DNA of 64,000 nucleotides from the NCBI RefSeq assembly GCF_009914755.1, contig NC_060929.1. One strand, 5' to 3'. The translations under genes and the position numbers were made by a program. Position 1 is the first letter of the stretch, and the number at the start of each line of letters is the position of its first letter. Under the pieces are notes generated by a model. That model ran no database searches. It was not told where the DNA came from and saw only the letters and a program-made list of their open reading frames with translations. Positions 24,764-39,485 of this stretch are shown piece after piece. The DNA comes from the human T2T-CHM13v2.0 reference genome, Homo sapiens.

Positions 24764-27700
24764 AGTTAAAAGCCTGACTCCCAGAGCCAGGTCCTCGCCT
24801 GCTGTTTAACCTAGGAGAAGCCCAGCTCCTGGCTCGGATGCTTGGTGAAATCAGGGGTCTGGGGAACCTGCGTCTTCCTCTTTCTGCACAGTCAGCTCCC
24901 CTCCACCCGCCTCACAGACTTCCTGGGGGCCGCTGGCAGGAACCAGAAGTTGTGCAGGCTCCATTCTGGCTGGGGAGGTTTAAACTCATCTCCTTCTGCA
25001 CTGGGAACAAATGTTACCCCAGGCACAGATGACAGAGCCAAAGTGAGCAGAAGGGAGGAATCCAATCCAGGAGAGCTTCTAGTGTCCTCCAGGCCACCCA
25101 TGAGGCTGCGGGGGTGGGGAAAAGGGGTGTGGGAAGATGAGATCTATCTCAAGGACAAGGCCCTGGAGCCGTAACTCTCCCCTCCCGCCCAGGCCCAGGC
25201 TGTTCCTCTTTTTTCGAGGCAAAACCTCAGCTGCCCCATCAGTGACACACTGTTCCTCTTGCCTCCTCCCACTGCTGTTCAAGATCCTCAAGAGACTGAC
25301 CTTGGACCCGGGCATGGACTCTGCCTTCAAGCAGGCCAGGCTGGAGTACCAACTCTGCCTCTTACCAGCTGTGTGAAGTTGTGTCATTTGAACACCACCC
25401 CAAGCCAAGGCTCCCCACTTTTAATTGGAGATAATAATAATATCAATGGCACAAGGCTGTTTTTTAATGTAATGATGATATGAGTAAGAGATATCAGCTC
25501 ACAGGCAAATCCCAACTCTGCTCTTGCAGGGCACCCGCCCCCGCTTACATTTTGTGCCCTAGGCACCTTCCTTGCCTCTTTCTAGTCTTGATCCTGGAGG
25601 TAGGGATTGCAATCACCATTTCAGCAGGTAAGGAAACTGGGGTTTAGCTAAGTGTCGTGGCTCCCCTGGTGAGTGGCAGAGCTGGGATTAGAACCCAGGT
25701 CTTGCTGCAGCCAAGACAAGGTACATTCCTCTGCACTCCTAGGGCTGGAGAAGTCACGCCTGCCTGCACTACTCCCCACCTTGCCACCAGCAGAGAGTCC
25801 CCCAGCGTCCCACTAATTCTGTTGGTGGGTTTTTCCCTGCTGGGTCTGATCAGAGCAGCCACCTGTCATGCAAAGGGTTGTGACAAATTCCATAAAGTGT
25901 CATCACCTGGGTTATGGGGAAAGGGAACACTCCAGAGGCCAAGATCAGCAGGACAGCCATACCCATGCTCTCTCAGTATCCCTATCACCTCTCAGGCAGG
26001 TGTGCAGGCCCAAAGCACCTGCCAGACACTGAGTAGGCTCTGTCCCATGAGGGCCACTCCCCCATGGCTCTCCCTTCTTACAGGCCAAGTGTGAGAAGTG
26101 TTCTTGGGTGTGGGAAAATACACACAAAGTTTTGGACACTAGGCAGGCTGGAATTGAGGTGTTGCAGCTGTTTACTGGAATTGTCTGGGAAAGCAGAAGC
26201 CTTCACACTGGGGACTTTGAGACCTGTGAGATATCATCATCCCTCTACCAAGAGGAGAATGCCACCTGTCCCATGAAAAGCTAAGCTTCAATGCTGCCCC
26301 TTGCTGGGGAAAGAGAGTCCCCACCATCCGAGTCCTGGCTCGCTCACTGTCCTGGCAGTGAGGGGCTGAGCAAGCACTCTGGTCATGTTACAACAGCCCC
26401 ACTCACTCTCTGCAACCCTGGAACCTCTGAGTGCCAGTGCTTTGTCACAGGAAGAAAGTTTGATTATCCAGGGCTTCTGGGTCCCTGCCTACCTCTCCAG
26501 CCCCAAGCTAGAGCCTGCCAGGAGGGGCATGTGTTCACCTTGGCCCTCCTGATGTCCAGTAGCCTTCATCCCAGCCTACTGGCCTCACCACCCTTGCCCC
26601 TCTGCAGCAGGCCCAGCATTCCCTGACCCATTTGGGTTGTTCAGGTGCTCAGCTCACTAGGGTCTCCATAGTCCCACAGTAGAAGGCAGAGAAGAAGGAG
26701 GGATCACCTGCCCCTCTGGAGCCTCCGGGTCTTTCTCCTAGATAACCCTGTTACCATGCAGGAGTAATTTGTTCAGGGCCATTTATCCTGGCACTGCTGC
26801 ACAGACATCCTATTAACTTCAGGACCACAGGGGAGCGGCTAGTTTGCTCCAAATTAAAAGTAGCTGGAAACGGGGCCCTCTGGCAGGCAGGAGAGTTCAG
26901 GCTGCCACACCACAGCCCTGGGAGAAGTGGATCTAGTCAGGTCTTCATCAGCCTTCTAAGTCCAGGGCCTCCTTTGCCATGCCACAGGGACCCTCATCTT
27001 CCCCAGTCTTCTTAGGGTTACAGAATCTCCCCTGGGCCATCTCTCTCAGCAGACCCAGGTCCCAAATCCCTGAAAGCCTTTGCTTCCCAAGGGTGGAAGT
27101 GGCGATGTGAAGTCACTGTGGAAGGAAGCAGGATGCAGGGCGGGAAAACTCTGGACCCAGAGGGACCTGGGCTCCAACCCTGCCATGCACCAACAGGACA
27201 GCCTTGGGCAAGCCATTCCCCATCTTGAGTCTGTGTCCTTCCGTAAATGGGCCAGTAATTTCCATCTCATGTGGCTACTGGAGATGGAATGAGATGGGAC
27301 ATGTGACAGGCACAGGACCTGGCTCATACAAGCTGCTCAGTAAAAGTCAAGTTCCCCACCCTTCTTTTCTATGATACGACCTTGGATTTGTAGCCAAGAG
27401 AAACAAGGCTGAGCCTCTGTGGGTCAAGTCCTCTTCCCAGCTCCTATCCAGATGTGCTGCTATTTCAAAATTATCCCCCCTGCCCCCAGTCACTCTTGAT
27501 GACAAGTTCTATAATTAAAAATGTGCCAACAATGGAAATGATCCTTTTTATTTAGTTGTTCATGGGAGAATTGGTCATCCATTCTCATGAGAATGGGAGC
27601 CCTGTGAAAGCGTTCACCACGTTCACCACGTGGGAATCACCTAGAGTGAGTGCCTCAAGCACCTGCAGCCGAGGAAGGAAGGTTGAATAAATAACGACTA

Positions 27701-28459
27701 AATGCTTTCCCTGCCGAGCAACATCAGGCCATGTGGCTGGAGTTCCCTTTTTGAGGTCTGGTCTTAGTCAGGCTTGCTCTGGAGCCTACCACTCCCTATC
27801 TCCCTTGTCTGAATTCCTGTGCTGGAGTTTGACAGCAGTGACCAGCCAGAACGACCTGGATGAGACAAGGGTCAGTGCAAACAAGACCAAAGGCCTGTTC
27901 CTGCCCCCATTCCGCTCTCATGCTCTGCTGGGGGACTGCCCCTGGGTGCAGGCCCACACTGCCTATGCATCACAGCTGGCCAGGTGCTCAGGTGAGGCGG
28001 CGGTTCTTCCCCGTTGTCCACCTGCACCCCACCCAGAAGTGCAGGAGGAGGGACCCCACTGAAAGGCAGGCAGCAGGGGAGAGGAGCTTTGGGGGAGAGG
28101 ATGTGGAAATGAGGAAATTGCATAGGCCTCCCGGGCCAGCTGGAGGAAAGAAAGGCCAGGACTCCTGAAAAAGACTCATGGGAAGTCATTTACTATCACC
28201 ACTGACCACGCTCTCTGTCACAGGTCTTCAGTCTAGGGGCAGAAGAAAGCCTTCCTTCTCTGTTAGGATGAGGGGAGGAGGACCATGAACACAAAGCTAA
28301 CCTTGGTCCCCTCTGGCTGAAGCCACTGAGATTCCATTTTGTGTTCTTAGAAGAACACCCGCTTTGGAGCCAGACCTGGGTTTGAGTCCAAATCCTCACA
28401 ACTGCTTGCTGTCTTAGGCCATCAGGCTGCTTATCAACCTGATGGCCTAAGCTACCATA

Positions 28460-28790
28460 CAAAGACACGGTGGCTTATCAACAACAGAAATGTATTTCTC
28501 ACAGTTCTGGAAGCTGGAAGTCTGAGATCAGGATGCTAGCACTGTGGACTTCTCGTGGGGACTCTTCCTGGCTTACAGACAGCATCTCCTGCTGTATTCT
28601 GACGTGGAGGAAAGAGAGTAAGCTAGCTCTCTGGCCTCTTCTTATAGACACACCCCATTCAAGAGGCTCCGCCTTCATGACCTCATCACCTCCCAAAGGC
28701 CCCACCTTCAAATACCATCACCTCAGGAGTGGGATTTCAACATGTGAATTTGGGGGACGGGAGGCACAAATATTCAGCCCATTGCACTAA
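28460..28790 (-). mobile_element. MaLR LTR (MLT1A/MST-like), partial
   Basis: GGTGGCTTA..AACAACAGAAAT.TATTTCTCACAGTTCTGGAAGCTGGAAGTC..TTTCAACATGTGAATTTGGGGG. Confidence 0.75.
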
Positions 28791-30120
28791 GTAAATGGCT
28801 TTTTTTTCTGGGCTTCAGTCTCTTCATCTCTAAAATGAAGGAGCTGCTGATTTCAAAGGCCTCTTTCAGCTTTGGAATTTAAAGATTAAACAAAATTGCA
28901 GCACTGCTGGTGGCACCTGCCATGTGCCCAGCATTGCCTGAGCACTCCATGCCCAATATTTTATTTAGTGCACATGAGAAACCTAGGAGGTGGAGTGCTC
29001 TAATTAACCCCACTTACAGATATAAAGAGCGAGCTTCAGACGGGGGACCGGCCTGCTTGGAGTCACACAGCCAGCATGAAGCATAGCCACAACTGGAAGC
29101 CTAGGCGGTCTGGCCCCAAGCCCTGGGTTTTACTTCCCTCCCCAGCCCATCCCCAGTACACTCTTTCCATTTCTGAAAATCAGATCCAGGGTAAGAAGCA
29201 ACGAAGACAAAACAGATTCCTTCCCAGTTTGGCCAAGAGGCAACACACACTCTTGTTTTCGAAATCAAGACTTCAGGACCTCCATTCTGACTGAGGAAGT
29301 GCAATTGAGGAGAATGCCCTCTGAGACTCAAGCTCCCCGATCCATCCCCTAAACCGTTACCCATAGGTCACCTTTCACAGTCAAACAACAAAACATATGG
29401 GGAGCAGGCCCGACAGCCAAGACTACAGGGAGGGGAGAAAAAAGGAAACACCACCCAGCAAGATTTCCTGTTGTATTTCTAGTCTGGCCAATTTTCATTT
29501 ATTGCTGGAATGAGGTCAGTTGGAAGCTGAGGCAGAGAATTGGGCAGGAATCAGGTAGGGAGGTGTGATTCTGGGGCTTGTATCTGAGAAGCTGGGGTTA
29601 GCCTAATTTTCTTTCTGTAATCTTTTGATTAACTGTGGGCCAGTTTGGATGACATTTTTCAAACCATCTGTGCTTGGCAGGCTGGGCCGAGCCCAGGCTT
29701 ACTGCTCGGTGTCTGCAAAACTCAGCTTGGAGCCGGCTATCACCCGGAGCCTGGGATGTCTCTAAGCCATGAAGCATATTGGATTGCAGAATGATCCACA
29801 ACATCCCTGTGCTGATTAACTCTGCCCAGGCCTCACAAGTTCAGAAACAGTGGCTGTCATTTCAAACGCAACAGGAAACATGAGGGGAAGGGCCATCGCC
29901 ATCCTCTGTTGAGTGCTACCTATTTTCTGGGGGCTTTACAAGGATTCCTATATTCAGTCCAGCCCTGTCTCTGTGAGTTGTTTTTATTCCAAACCAGGGG
30001 CTTTGAGAGGCTGAATAACTTGCCAACATCACAGATACAGCACTGTGGTTGAAAAGGTCATGTGCAAACACTAATGTTCCTTTGAACACGCCTGGTCAAA
30101 CCTGTCAGCACCGTCACTTC

Positions 30121-30492
30121 TGTCACAGACTGAATTGTGTCCCCTTAAATGTGTATGTCAAAGCCCTAACCCCCAAGGTGGCTGTATTTGATGATAGGGC
30201 CTTGATGCAGGAGATTAAGGTTAAATGAGGTCATAAGGTTGGGATCCTAATCCAACATGACTGGTGTCCTTGTAAGAAGGGGAAGAGACCAGGAGTACAC
30301 ACACACAGAGGAAAAGCCATGTGAGGGCAAGATGGCCAACTACAAGCCAGGAAAAGAAACTTCATCAGACACCAACCCTGCCCGAACCTTAATCTTGGAC
30401 TTTCAGTGTCCAGAACTGTGGGACAATAGATTTTCGTTATTTAACTACCCAGTCTGCGACATTCGATTATGGCAGCCCAAGCAGACTAATAC
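30121..30492 (+). mobile_element. MLT1A-like MaLR solo LTR
   Basis: TGT..GACTGAATTGTGTCCCC start, GGTTAAATGAGGTCATAAGG, ends GCAGACTAATACA. Confidence 0.8.
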
Positions 30493-30529
30493 AGCCCCAT
30501 AGACCATTCTTTGCATAGCATCCTTTCCT

Positions 30530-31270
30530 ATATTTTTAACTGTGACAAACATATATAACATTAAATTTACTATTTTAACCATTTTTAAGTGCACAGTTGT
30601 GGCTTTAAGTACATTCACATGTTGTGCAACCATCACCACCAACCATCTCCAGAACATTTTTCTTCTCGCAAAACTGAAACTCTGCACTGCACCCACTAAA
30701 CCCTTCCCCATTTCTGTCTACCCTCAGGCTCTGGCAGCCACCACTGTACTTTCTGTCTCTATTAACTTGACTGTTCTAGGTTCCTCATATAAGTGAGTCA
30801 TGAACAGTATTTGTGTCTGGCTTATTTCACTTAGTGTAATATCTTTTTTTTTTTTTTTTTTGAGATAGGGTCTCACTCTGTCATCCAAGCTGGAGTGCAG
30901 TGCTGTCATCACAGCGCACTGCAGCTTCTACCTCCTGGGCTCAAGCAATCCTCCCACCTCAGCCTCCAGAGTAGCTGAGACTACAGGCGTGCGCCACCAC
31001 CACACCCAACTAATTTTTTAAAATTTTTTATAGAGATGAGGTTTCTCCATGTTGCCCAACCTGGTCTCAAACTCCTAGGCTCAAGTGATTGGCCCACCTT
31101 GGCCTCCCAAAGTGCTGGGATTCCAGGCTGCCATACCTGGCCCTCACTTAGTGTTATGTCTTTAAGGTTCATTCCTGTAACAGCCTGTGTCAGAATTCCC
31201 TTCCTTTTTAAGTTTGAACAATATTCCATTGTCTGGATACTACATTTTGCTTTTTATCCATTGATGGACC
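30530..31270 (-). mobile_element. Old L1M (L1MB-like) 3' fragment interrupted by an Alu
   Basis: AACATTAAATTTAC..TTTAACCATTTTTAAGTG..CATTCACATGTTGTGCAACCATCACCAC; resumes after the Alu at 31143. Confidence 0.75.
30844..31142 (-). mobile_element. AluJ-like SINE nested in L1M
   Basis: Reverse Alu with TSD TCACTTAGTGT(A/T)AT(A/G)TCTTT. Confidence 0.9.
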
Positions 31271-31604
31271 ATTCCCATATTTTTAAAATAAAAAATGAAT
31301 CATATACGATTATAATCCCCTTACTGGAAACTGTCTCCAGTGGTTTCTTGACACATTTAGAATTAAATGCAGACTCCTCTCAGTGGCCTGTGACTTTGCA
31401 TGATCCGTCCTCTGCATTTCTGTCCTTCTCCTTGGACTCTTTCCACCAAATACCCCCAGGCTCTCTCCCTCAATTCATTCAAATCCCCTCCTGCGGTTGC
31501 CGTCCCTCCTCATCTCCCCCAACACATTGCCTAATGCTGCCTTGCTTTTCTGCACAGCCCTTACTGCTCCTGCAATAATATTACACATGTGTTTGCTTGG
31601 TGAT

Positions 31605-31878
31605 TTTAAATGTTTTAATGGAAAATGTCTATGTTTAAGGTATACAGTGTGATGTCTTGATACACACATAGATAATGGCCTGATTATCACAGTCAAGCTA
31701 ATGAACATATCCGTCTCTTTTCATAGTTACCTTTCTGTGTATGGTGAGAACTACTCTCTTAGCAAATTTCAAGTATACAGTGCAGTCTTATGAACTACAG
31801 TCTCCTTGCTGTGCATTACTCTAGAGCTTGTTCATTCTCCATAGCTGAAACTCTATACGCTTTGGCCAACATCTCCGT
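31605..31878 (-). mobile_element. L1MA-like 3' fragment
   Basis: TTTAAGGTATACAGTGTGATG..CACAGTCAAGCTAAT..CTACTCTCTTAGCAAATTTCAAGTATAC. Confidence 0.65.
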
Positions 31879-33880
31879 TATTCATTTGTTTATGATCCAG
31901 CTCATCCACTAAGAGTCGAGCTCTGTGAGGGCAGGGAATTTTGCCTGGCCTTGACTACTTCCCCAGCACCTGGTGCAGGGCCTACCACATGGTAGGCCCT
32001 CATTGGGAGTTGAGAGGTTGAGCTGGCAGATGAGGAACCTGAGGCCTGGGGAAGGCCACCCAGCAAGCCAGACGCAGAGCTGGCCTTGAATCTGGGCTTC
32101 CTCCTCTTTCCATTCCCTACAGGCTCGGCACTGCATGCCCTTTAAAGGTTCCAGTTCTGTATCCACCATTTCCACGTCCGTCTGTCCATCCACACTTCCT
32201 CCTTAGCAAGGCCGCCCATGTTCCTGCATCCAGGACATGAGGGGTTAATTAAGATAGTCATCTGGCTTCTCAGGCTACCATCCTAAGAACAGCCCTCCTC
32301 AGTTCTGGAGCTGGCGGGCCATTTGGTTCATCTTTGATTTGTTCTTGCCATGGAGAGAGGGGAACCTGCCGCTGGGAAAGGATGGCGATGGTTTCCAGTG
32401 TGCTCTGCTCCATTCAGCCAAGGGGCTCCTCTGGGAGGGCATGAAGTGAGCAGTCACCAGCGAAGGCATCTGGGGGCTGCAGACGCAGCTGGCTTCCATG
32501 GCTGTGTTCCCCTCCAGCCCTTGAGGATCCAGGACTTTCTGGAAACATGATTTTGGAGTTCACTGGATGCTGAATCCATTACCACCAAATTGTGTGACCT
32601 TGGGAAGTCCAAGGGAGTCACTCCTTCGAGCCTAGCCTCCTTTTCTGTAAAATGTGTGCAATAATGCCAATACCACAGGTTTATTAAAGTAACGCACTTA
32701 AAAGTGTTTAGTGTAGGGCTTGTGTCAAATTAAGGATTCAACAAATGATGGGTGGTTTTGCTTTTATTTGGCTTTGCTGTTTATCAGGGCTGAGCTTAAA
32801 TCTCCCTCATTGCATCCTAGGCAAACCAGGGACCTCCCATGTCTTGGGAAACGGCTGAGTGACTGAAATCACCCACGTGGGCCAGAAAAGAGTGAGAGAT
32901 GTTTTCAACATACTCTTTGCCTTTCCTTTCCCTACCCGGGATGCGAGTATCAGTGACAAAGAGTTTTATTCTAGGGAGATGAGACAGGAGAGCTCACACT
33001 GTATTCATTGAGCAAGCTCTTCATGTCCAGAACCTTTAAAATCTCCTGTACACTCCTGCCCCACTCCCAGCCCACACTCTCCTACGGATGAAAAAATAAG
33101 AAGGGGCAGTAAAACCTTGTCTTTGTATAGAGTCCACCGGGGGCTCAACAGAGGAGGTGGAGGAGGCCTCAGACCTGGATGTCGTGGCAGTCACTGCACC
33201 CTGGGTCAGAGCCCCCTGAGGACACCACCCTGGAAGGGAGAAGCTGGCTGGAACCACAAAGCCCCATGGACAAGCAAGCTCTGGCACTACCTTTGAGCAT
33301 CTGCTGTGCCTGCTGGCCTGTCTCACAGGGCACATGAGGTAAAAAGACATCAGGCACAGGCTCCCCCATGTTCATTATATCTGGAAATTTCAGTCTGGCC
33401 AAGGGAGCTTCTGAGAGCCTGAAGGTGGCCAGTATGTGACTGGAAGTCAAGGCCACATGGCACAGTGACCAGCGTGAGACTCCTCCAAATGTCCTCAGTG
33501 TAAGGGTGGGGAAACTGAGGCCAGAGCAAGGAACACCCTTGAGTAAGCTACCCTCAAAACGGAGCCTCCTCTGGCTGGTAGCTGGGGGCACAGGGATGGA
33601 GGGTAGCCTGGCCCCTCCTGGAAGTGGTGGCCACCCAGCAGATGGCTCTTCATTGCCACACAGCCGATGACTCATAGACTAAGCCCAAGCAAGACCCCTC
33701 GCCTCCTCCCTTCATCTCTGCACTCTCCCCTTCATGGCCTCACCTCTGGGGGAGACTCCCAAGTCTCTCTCTCTTGCCTTGGCTCTTTTCTTAAGCTCCA
33801 GGCCTGCAGGTGACTCCTTGGCTGGACTGTGAACTTGTTGGAAGGGCAGGGGCTACATTTTAGTTATTTAAGAACGTGCA

Positions 33881-34157
33881 GTCTGGCACGGTGGCTCACG
33901 CCTGTAATCCCAACACTTTGGGAGGCTGAGGCAGGTGGATCCCTTGAGGTCAGGAGCTCGAGACCATTCTGACCACAGCGAAACCCTGTCTCTACTAAAA
34001 ATACAAAATTAGCTGGGCATGGTGGCACATGCCTGTAATCCCAGCTACTTGGGAGGCTGAGGCAGGAGAATCGCTTGAACCAGAATGTGGAGGTTGCAGT
34101 GAGCCACAATCACACCACTGCACTCCGGCCTGGGCAACAAGAGCAAAACTCCGTCTC
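33881..34157 (+). mobile_element. Alu SINE (AluS-like)
   Basis: Forward Alu; TSD AAGAA(C/T)GTGCA at 33870-33880 and 34301-34311 encloses the Alu and its expanded tail. Confidence 0.93.
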
Positions 34158-34193
34158 AAAAAAAAAGAAGAAAGAAGGAAAGAAGGAAAGAAA

Positions 34194-34256
<63 letters not shown>

Positions 34257-34304
34257 GAAAGAAAGAAAGAAAGGAAAGAAAGGAAAGAAAGAAAGAAAGA
34301 AAGA
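34158..34304. repeat. (GAAA)n/(GGAA)n compound STR derived from the Alu tail
   Basis: About 145 nt of pure purine with a long perfect GAAA run. Confidence 0.95.
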
Positions 34305-34669
34305 ATGTGCAGCACCCAGCACAAGACCTGGCATAGAGTAGGGGCCTAACAAATGGATGGATTGATGGAGGATGGGAGGAAGGACCACTAGACCCTTCCA
34401 GTTGAATGTCTTTCTATAGCCCCTACTCAATCCTTGTAAAACCAAAGGAGACCTCTCTCTCCTGATTTTACTCTTTCTCTTTACATGTCCCAGTCTCGAG
34501 CCTTGTTCTTTCCATCTGTCACTCCCTTTCCACTCTCAGAACCGTTCCTGAAATCTGAACCTTTCTAACCTCTCACCCGCTTTGCTGCAGCAGCCTGCAG
34601 ACTGCGTTTCTTCCCATTTCTTCCCTTTCTGACTCCTCCACACCATTCCAAAGAGATGGCCCATCTAAC

Positions 34670-35060
34670 CCATTGACCCAGAAGCCCTACTTCTAGAAAT
34701 CTATTCTAAGCAAATCATCACAGCTGTGCATACGGACTTTTATTTAGAGGTATTCATTATGGTATTATTGCATTATTTATAACAGTGAAAAACTGGAGGC
34801 AATCTAAGTGTCAATGGAAAAAATTGTGTATTAAATAAATTTTGGTTCATCTGTCTGATGGAACAATATTAAACTGTTGAAAAATTATTTTAGGAACTAA
34901 TTAATAACCTAGAGAAATGCTATTGATATCGTATCAAGTAGGAAGCCAGGAGAAAAAAAACTGTATGATGAATGCAGTTCCAGTCTGTGGGAATAGATGT
35001 GTATGGAAAAGTAAAATAGAGAAGAAATACACTGAAACATTAGTTTAGGTTTTAGCTTGG
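34670..35060 (+). mobile_element. Old L1ME-like fragment
   Basis: CCATTGACCCAG..CTACTTCTAGAAATCTATTCTAAG..TTATTTATAACAGTGAAAAACTGGA. Confidence 0.55.
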
Positions 35061-35071
35061 ATTAAAGGTGA

Positions 35072-35397
<326 letters not shown>

Positions 35398-38300
35398 TAA
35401 AGTTCTTCTTGATGCTTCTCTGCATTTTCTGAATTGTCTTCAATAAGCATCCATATTTAATCAGAAACCACAAACATATCATTCACTAAATACACATCTT
35501 CAATCATACAGTTCTCAGTATGGGAACGCATGAAAGTTCTGCTTTCACTGGCATATCACTGGCTGTTCATGCCATGTGGCAATACACCCCGAACTACCAG
35601 ATTTGGCACTCCCAGCCCTAACCCCACAGTCTCAGACCTCAGCCCACTCCCTAGTCCTGTGTCCCCGTGACCAAACCCACACACGCATTCTCCTCCAGCC
35701 AAACTGGTCCCCACATGTTTCCAAACCAGCCTTCTGTTCTGTGCTCCTCAGCCTAACTCTCAAATGGTTCAGAAACACAAATTCGCATGTGCACAGAGAG
35801 AGACAGAGACAGAGAGAAAATCCAAATATGATAAAATACTGATCATCATTGGTGAACCTAGATGAAGGGGAGGCATGCTTACAATTTGCATTGTAGTTGG
35901 ATATTTTCAAAATAAAAAGCTGGAGAAATAAAGGAGCAGTGTAGTATAGTATTTAAGGGCATAAATTCTGCATGAAATTACCTTATTTCAAGTTCCAGTC
36001 CCACTGCCTATTAGTTGGGAAGTAGTAACATTAGGCAAGGTACTTACTTTCTAAGACTCAGATTCTTCATCAGTAAAATGGGGATAATGAAAATCCTGGT
36101 GTATTTGTTTCCTACAGTTGCCCAGAGAATGGAATGTATGTGTGTAAAGGGCTTGGCGAAGAGTGCCACACACCCTTGATCATGAACTGTTAGTATCAGT
36201 GCTAAATATAGAAATCAATTTATTAACCGTGACTCTATTCATGATATTCTCTACCTCCATAAGCTGCTCATCCCTGGACAACTAAGTAAAGTGCTACAGC
36301 TTTGGAAACTTTTCTTGCACGGTTCTTTTTCTGCCACTAGCCCTGGAAGCTGCTCCAATGCGGTGCCTGCCCCGCTGGTATCCATACCTCCAGGCCCTGG
36401 CACAGAGCCTGGCAAGGGGGAAGAAGCCATTAAATGCACTGAACCCCAAATGAGAATCTCAAAGGGTTCAAGCTGTACTTTAAAGAAAACTCTTCTCATC
36501 AGGACCAAGTTTGCACTTTTGCTGATGCAGCCACTCTATTCCCATGGGCTTCCTTGAGATAAGGCATCACCTTGATAAATTAGCTGTAGATATAGGCGTC
36601 TTGCAGTTGGCATGGGAAAGCAATTTAATTTCCAATTAAGCCTGATTTCTGGGCCAGGAGGTTGGCCTACCTCGCACTGGAAGGATTATTCTGGCCAGGC
36701 CTATTATTATCACGGGTCATGATTCTCCCATGAAGTGGACTCTCAAGGAAGCTGGTCCTTCAACCATTGGAATGGTTCAGTGAGGCAGAAATACGGCCTC
36801 TGTGGGTAGGACCCTTTTTCCCCAGGAATTAAGTTTATACAAGTAGAGTCAGGGAAGTTCAAAGCAAAGATAGGCAGTCTGTTTGTGGCCAAAATTGTTA
36901 AGTCAGGGTACCCCTAGAAATGAAGCAAGAGGGGAGAGAGAGAGGGAGGTGAGGCAGTCATCAATCAGGCCCACAAGCAAGAGAGGCGGGAAGTTGCTAG
37001 TAAGAAAAAGACGGCAGGAGGTAGTTCTCTGAGCCCAAATCGAAAAGAATCTGAATTATCGGTTGAAGGAGACACACTTACTTGAAGAGAGAACAGACAT
37101 TTGTGAAGCATCTTTTATGCACCGTGCTGAGTACTTCACATTCATGATTGATGATACAATGCACCCTGTAAAACAAACACTGTGAGGCTCACTTTCCAAT
37201 TGAGGAAACTGAGATTCAGGAAGATTAAATAAACTGCCCAAAGTCATGAACAAGGCAGATTCAAACTCTTGTTTTCCTGAGCTTTTCTCCCTGCAGGCTC
37301 CCTCTCAAAGACAAATACAAAAACATCATTTAGGGCCATAAGGATAATGCCATACTCAGCTGTATCTTACCCACCAAAATTGTAAGCATGAGAAAAAGGC
37401 CTTTCAAACAAGTCCTGAGAGAGTGAAAATAAATGGTGGCTGAGGCTGCTTGGGGCGAATGATCTGATGGAAGAGCTAACAATATCTACTTCTCTTTTGG
37501 GTGTTGTTTTTGCTCCCATCTGTCCCTCAAGGAGGGAGACCTGAGACCTGGGCGCAATGGCCCAGCATGGCTGAGAGGCTCCTGTGAGGTCAGGATCTCC
37601 TCCCACAGCTCAGACTGCTTCAAACCAGCGGGGTTCTGGCTTGTGGCTGAGGGGATTTCAATTCAGAAGGGTTGGAAAGAAACAACAGAGGGGAATGAGG
37701 GATCATGACCAGTGGAGCCACAGAAAATTTAGTTAGGTGCCAAGAAGGTATGACATGGCCTAAGTTTAGTTAACGATAGTAAAAGAGGACTCTGAGGCAA
37801 TATGTAAGCAAGCATGCTGTCAACTCCTGGACAAATTCTAGAGCGCATGATTAAACCCATGGTTTGGGAACACTTGTGAAAGAAAGTAGAGATGAATGAG
37901 AGGCGGGTGCATTTGCTGAGAAGGAGCTGTGCCGGTGTACCAGTCTCCCTTCTGTTCTGCTTTTGCATAGTGACCAGTTCAAGGATCGCTGCAACCATGG
38001 TGTGCCTGGGTTCCAGTTGGGCGTGTGATGAGCTATGGGCTGGAAAGCATAGATTTAGGCAGGTGCCAGCTGGCCTCGTGGTCCTGTCTGTCTTGGCAGT
38101 GCCCACAGCAGAACCTTTGTGGGACATTTTCAGATCCTTCTGCTTGGCCATCACCCCCACATCTATTGAGACTTCAGAGGTGTGGCCCCAGGGAGTCAAT
38201 TGAGAGCCTGGGCTCTGTGATGGAAAGGTATCTGGAAGCATCTAACAAGCTCTCAATAGTTGACCTTGACCTGCTTGGCATTTTCCACTTTTGATATGGG

Positions 38301-38699
38301 GTAAAGACAAGAACAGGATTCCCAGTGGTTAGAGTGTTTTCTGGAGCAATACCACCTAGATTTGAATTCCAGCTCTGCTATTTGCTAACTTCTGCCTTGG
38401 GGCAAGTTAAATCTTTTCCTTGTGCCTCCATTGGCTCATTGGTGAAATGGAGATACTAATAATAACCTCAAAGGATGTTGTTACTGTTCAATGAGCTGTG
38501 CCTGGAAAGATCCTGGCATTCAGGTAGGTGTTCAACAAATGCTAGCCCTTATTACCGTTAGGAATGATAGATTCTTGCACAGCAAGTGATCAGCTAAATA
38601 TATGCCCAAATGAAAGTGGCTCCATCTTGCTATAGTGAGTTATTCATCCAAAGAGGTGTTGCTGCAGGTTGTCATTGAAGAGAACTATTGTAGAAAGAG

Positions 38700-39485
38700 T
38701 GTGACTGTGTTCTCCCCGACAATACTTCTGACACCACGTAAGAGGGTTTTCTTCCCCCCTACTGATACCAACTAGTTTGGACACCAACTGGGTGTCCTAC
38801 AATTTAATTCAATTCTGACACTAACTACCCAGAGTTAGCTCAGACCCCACAGGTTAAGAACTCAGTCCCACAAGACTGCCCCCATTCAAATGCCAGCCAC
38901 CAATAGGGTGTCCTGACTATCCACACTTCCACCTGACTGACAGAACATTCCTACAACCTCCCCTACACCTCCAGATAGGATATAATAATTTACTAGAGTG
39001 ATCCACAGAACTCAAAAGAACATTTTACTTACTATTGACACTTACTATTACATGTTGATTACAGAGGATATAACTCAGAAACAGGCAGACGGAAGAGACA
39101 CACAGGGCAAGGTATGAGGGATGCAGGGTGGAGGTGCAGAGTTTCCGGGCCCTCTCCCAGCACCTTGACGTGTTCACCAACCCAGAAGCCCCCCAAACCC
39201 TATTATTTAGGGGGTTTTATGAAGATTTCACTACATAGGCATGATTGTTAAACCACTGGCCATTGGTGATTAAACTCAACCTCCAGCCCCTCTTCCCTCT
39301 GCAGAGGTTGCCGGGTAGAGCTGAAGGTTCTAACTCTCTAATCATGGCTTGGTCCTTCTGGCAAGCAGCTCCCATGCCGAAGCTATTTACAGGCCCACCA
39401 AGAGTTATCTCACTGGAAAAAAGACACTCCTATCGCCCCTAAAGGACCTCTGTACCAAAGACCAAATATCTTTCTGTGAGACAAC
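38700..39485. mobile_element. MER21-like LTR
   Basis: GGACACCAACTGGGTGTCCTACAATTTAATTCAATTCTGACACTAACTACCCAGAGTTAG..CAGACCCCACAGGTTAAG..CTCAGTCCCACAAGACTGCCCCC hallmark. Confidence 0.75.

Noticed and set aside
31036-31578. 180-aa ORF
   Set aside because: Runs through AluJ, L1M and other degenerate repeat sequence.
33995-34445. Lys/Glu/Arg-rich and Phe/Leu/Ser-rich ORFs (also 49679-50010)
   Set aside because: Artefacts of stop-free GAAA/GGAA microsatellites.
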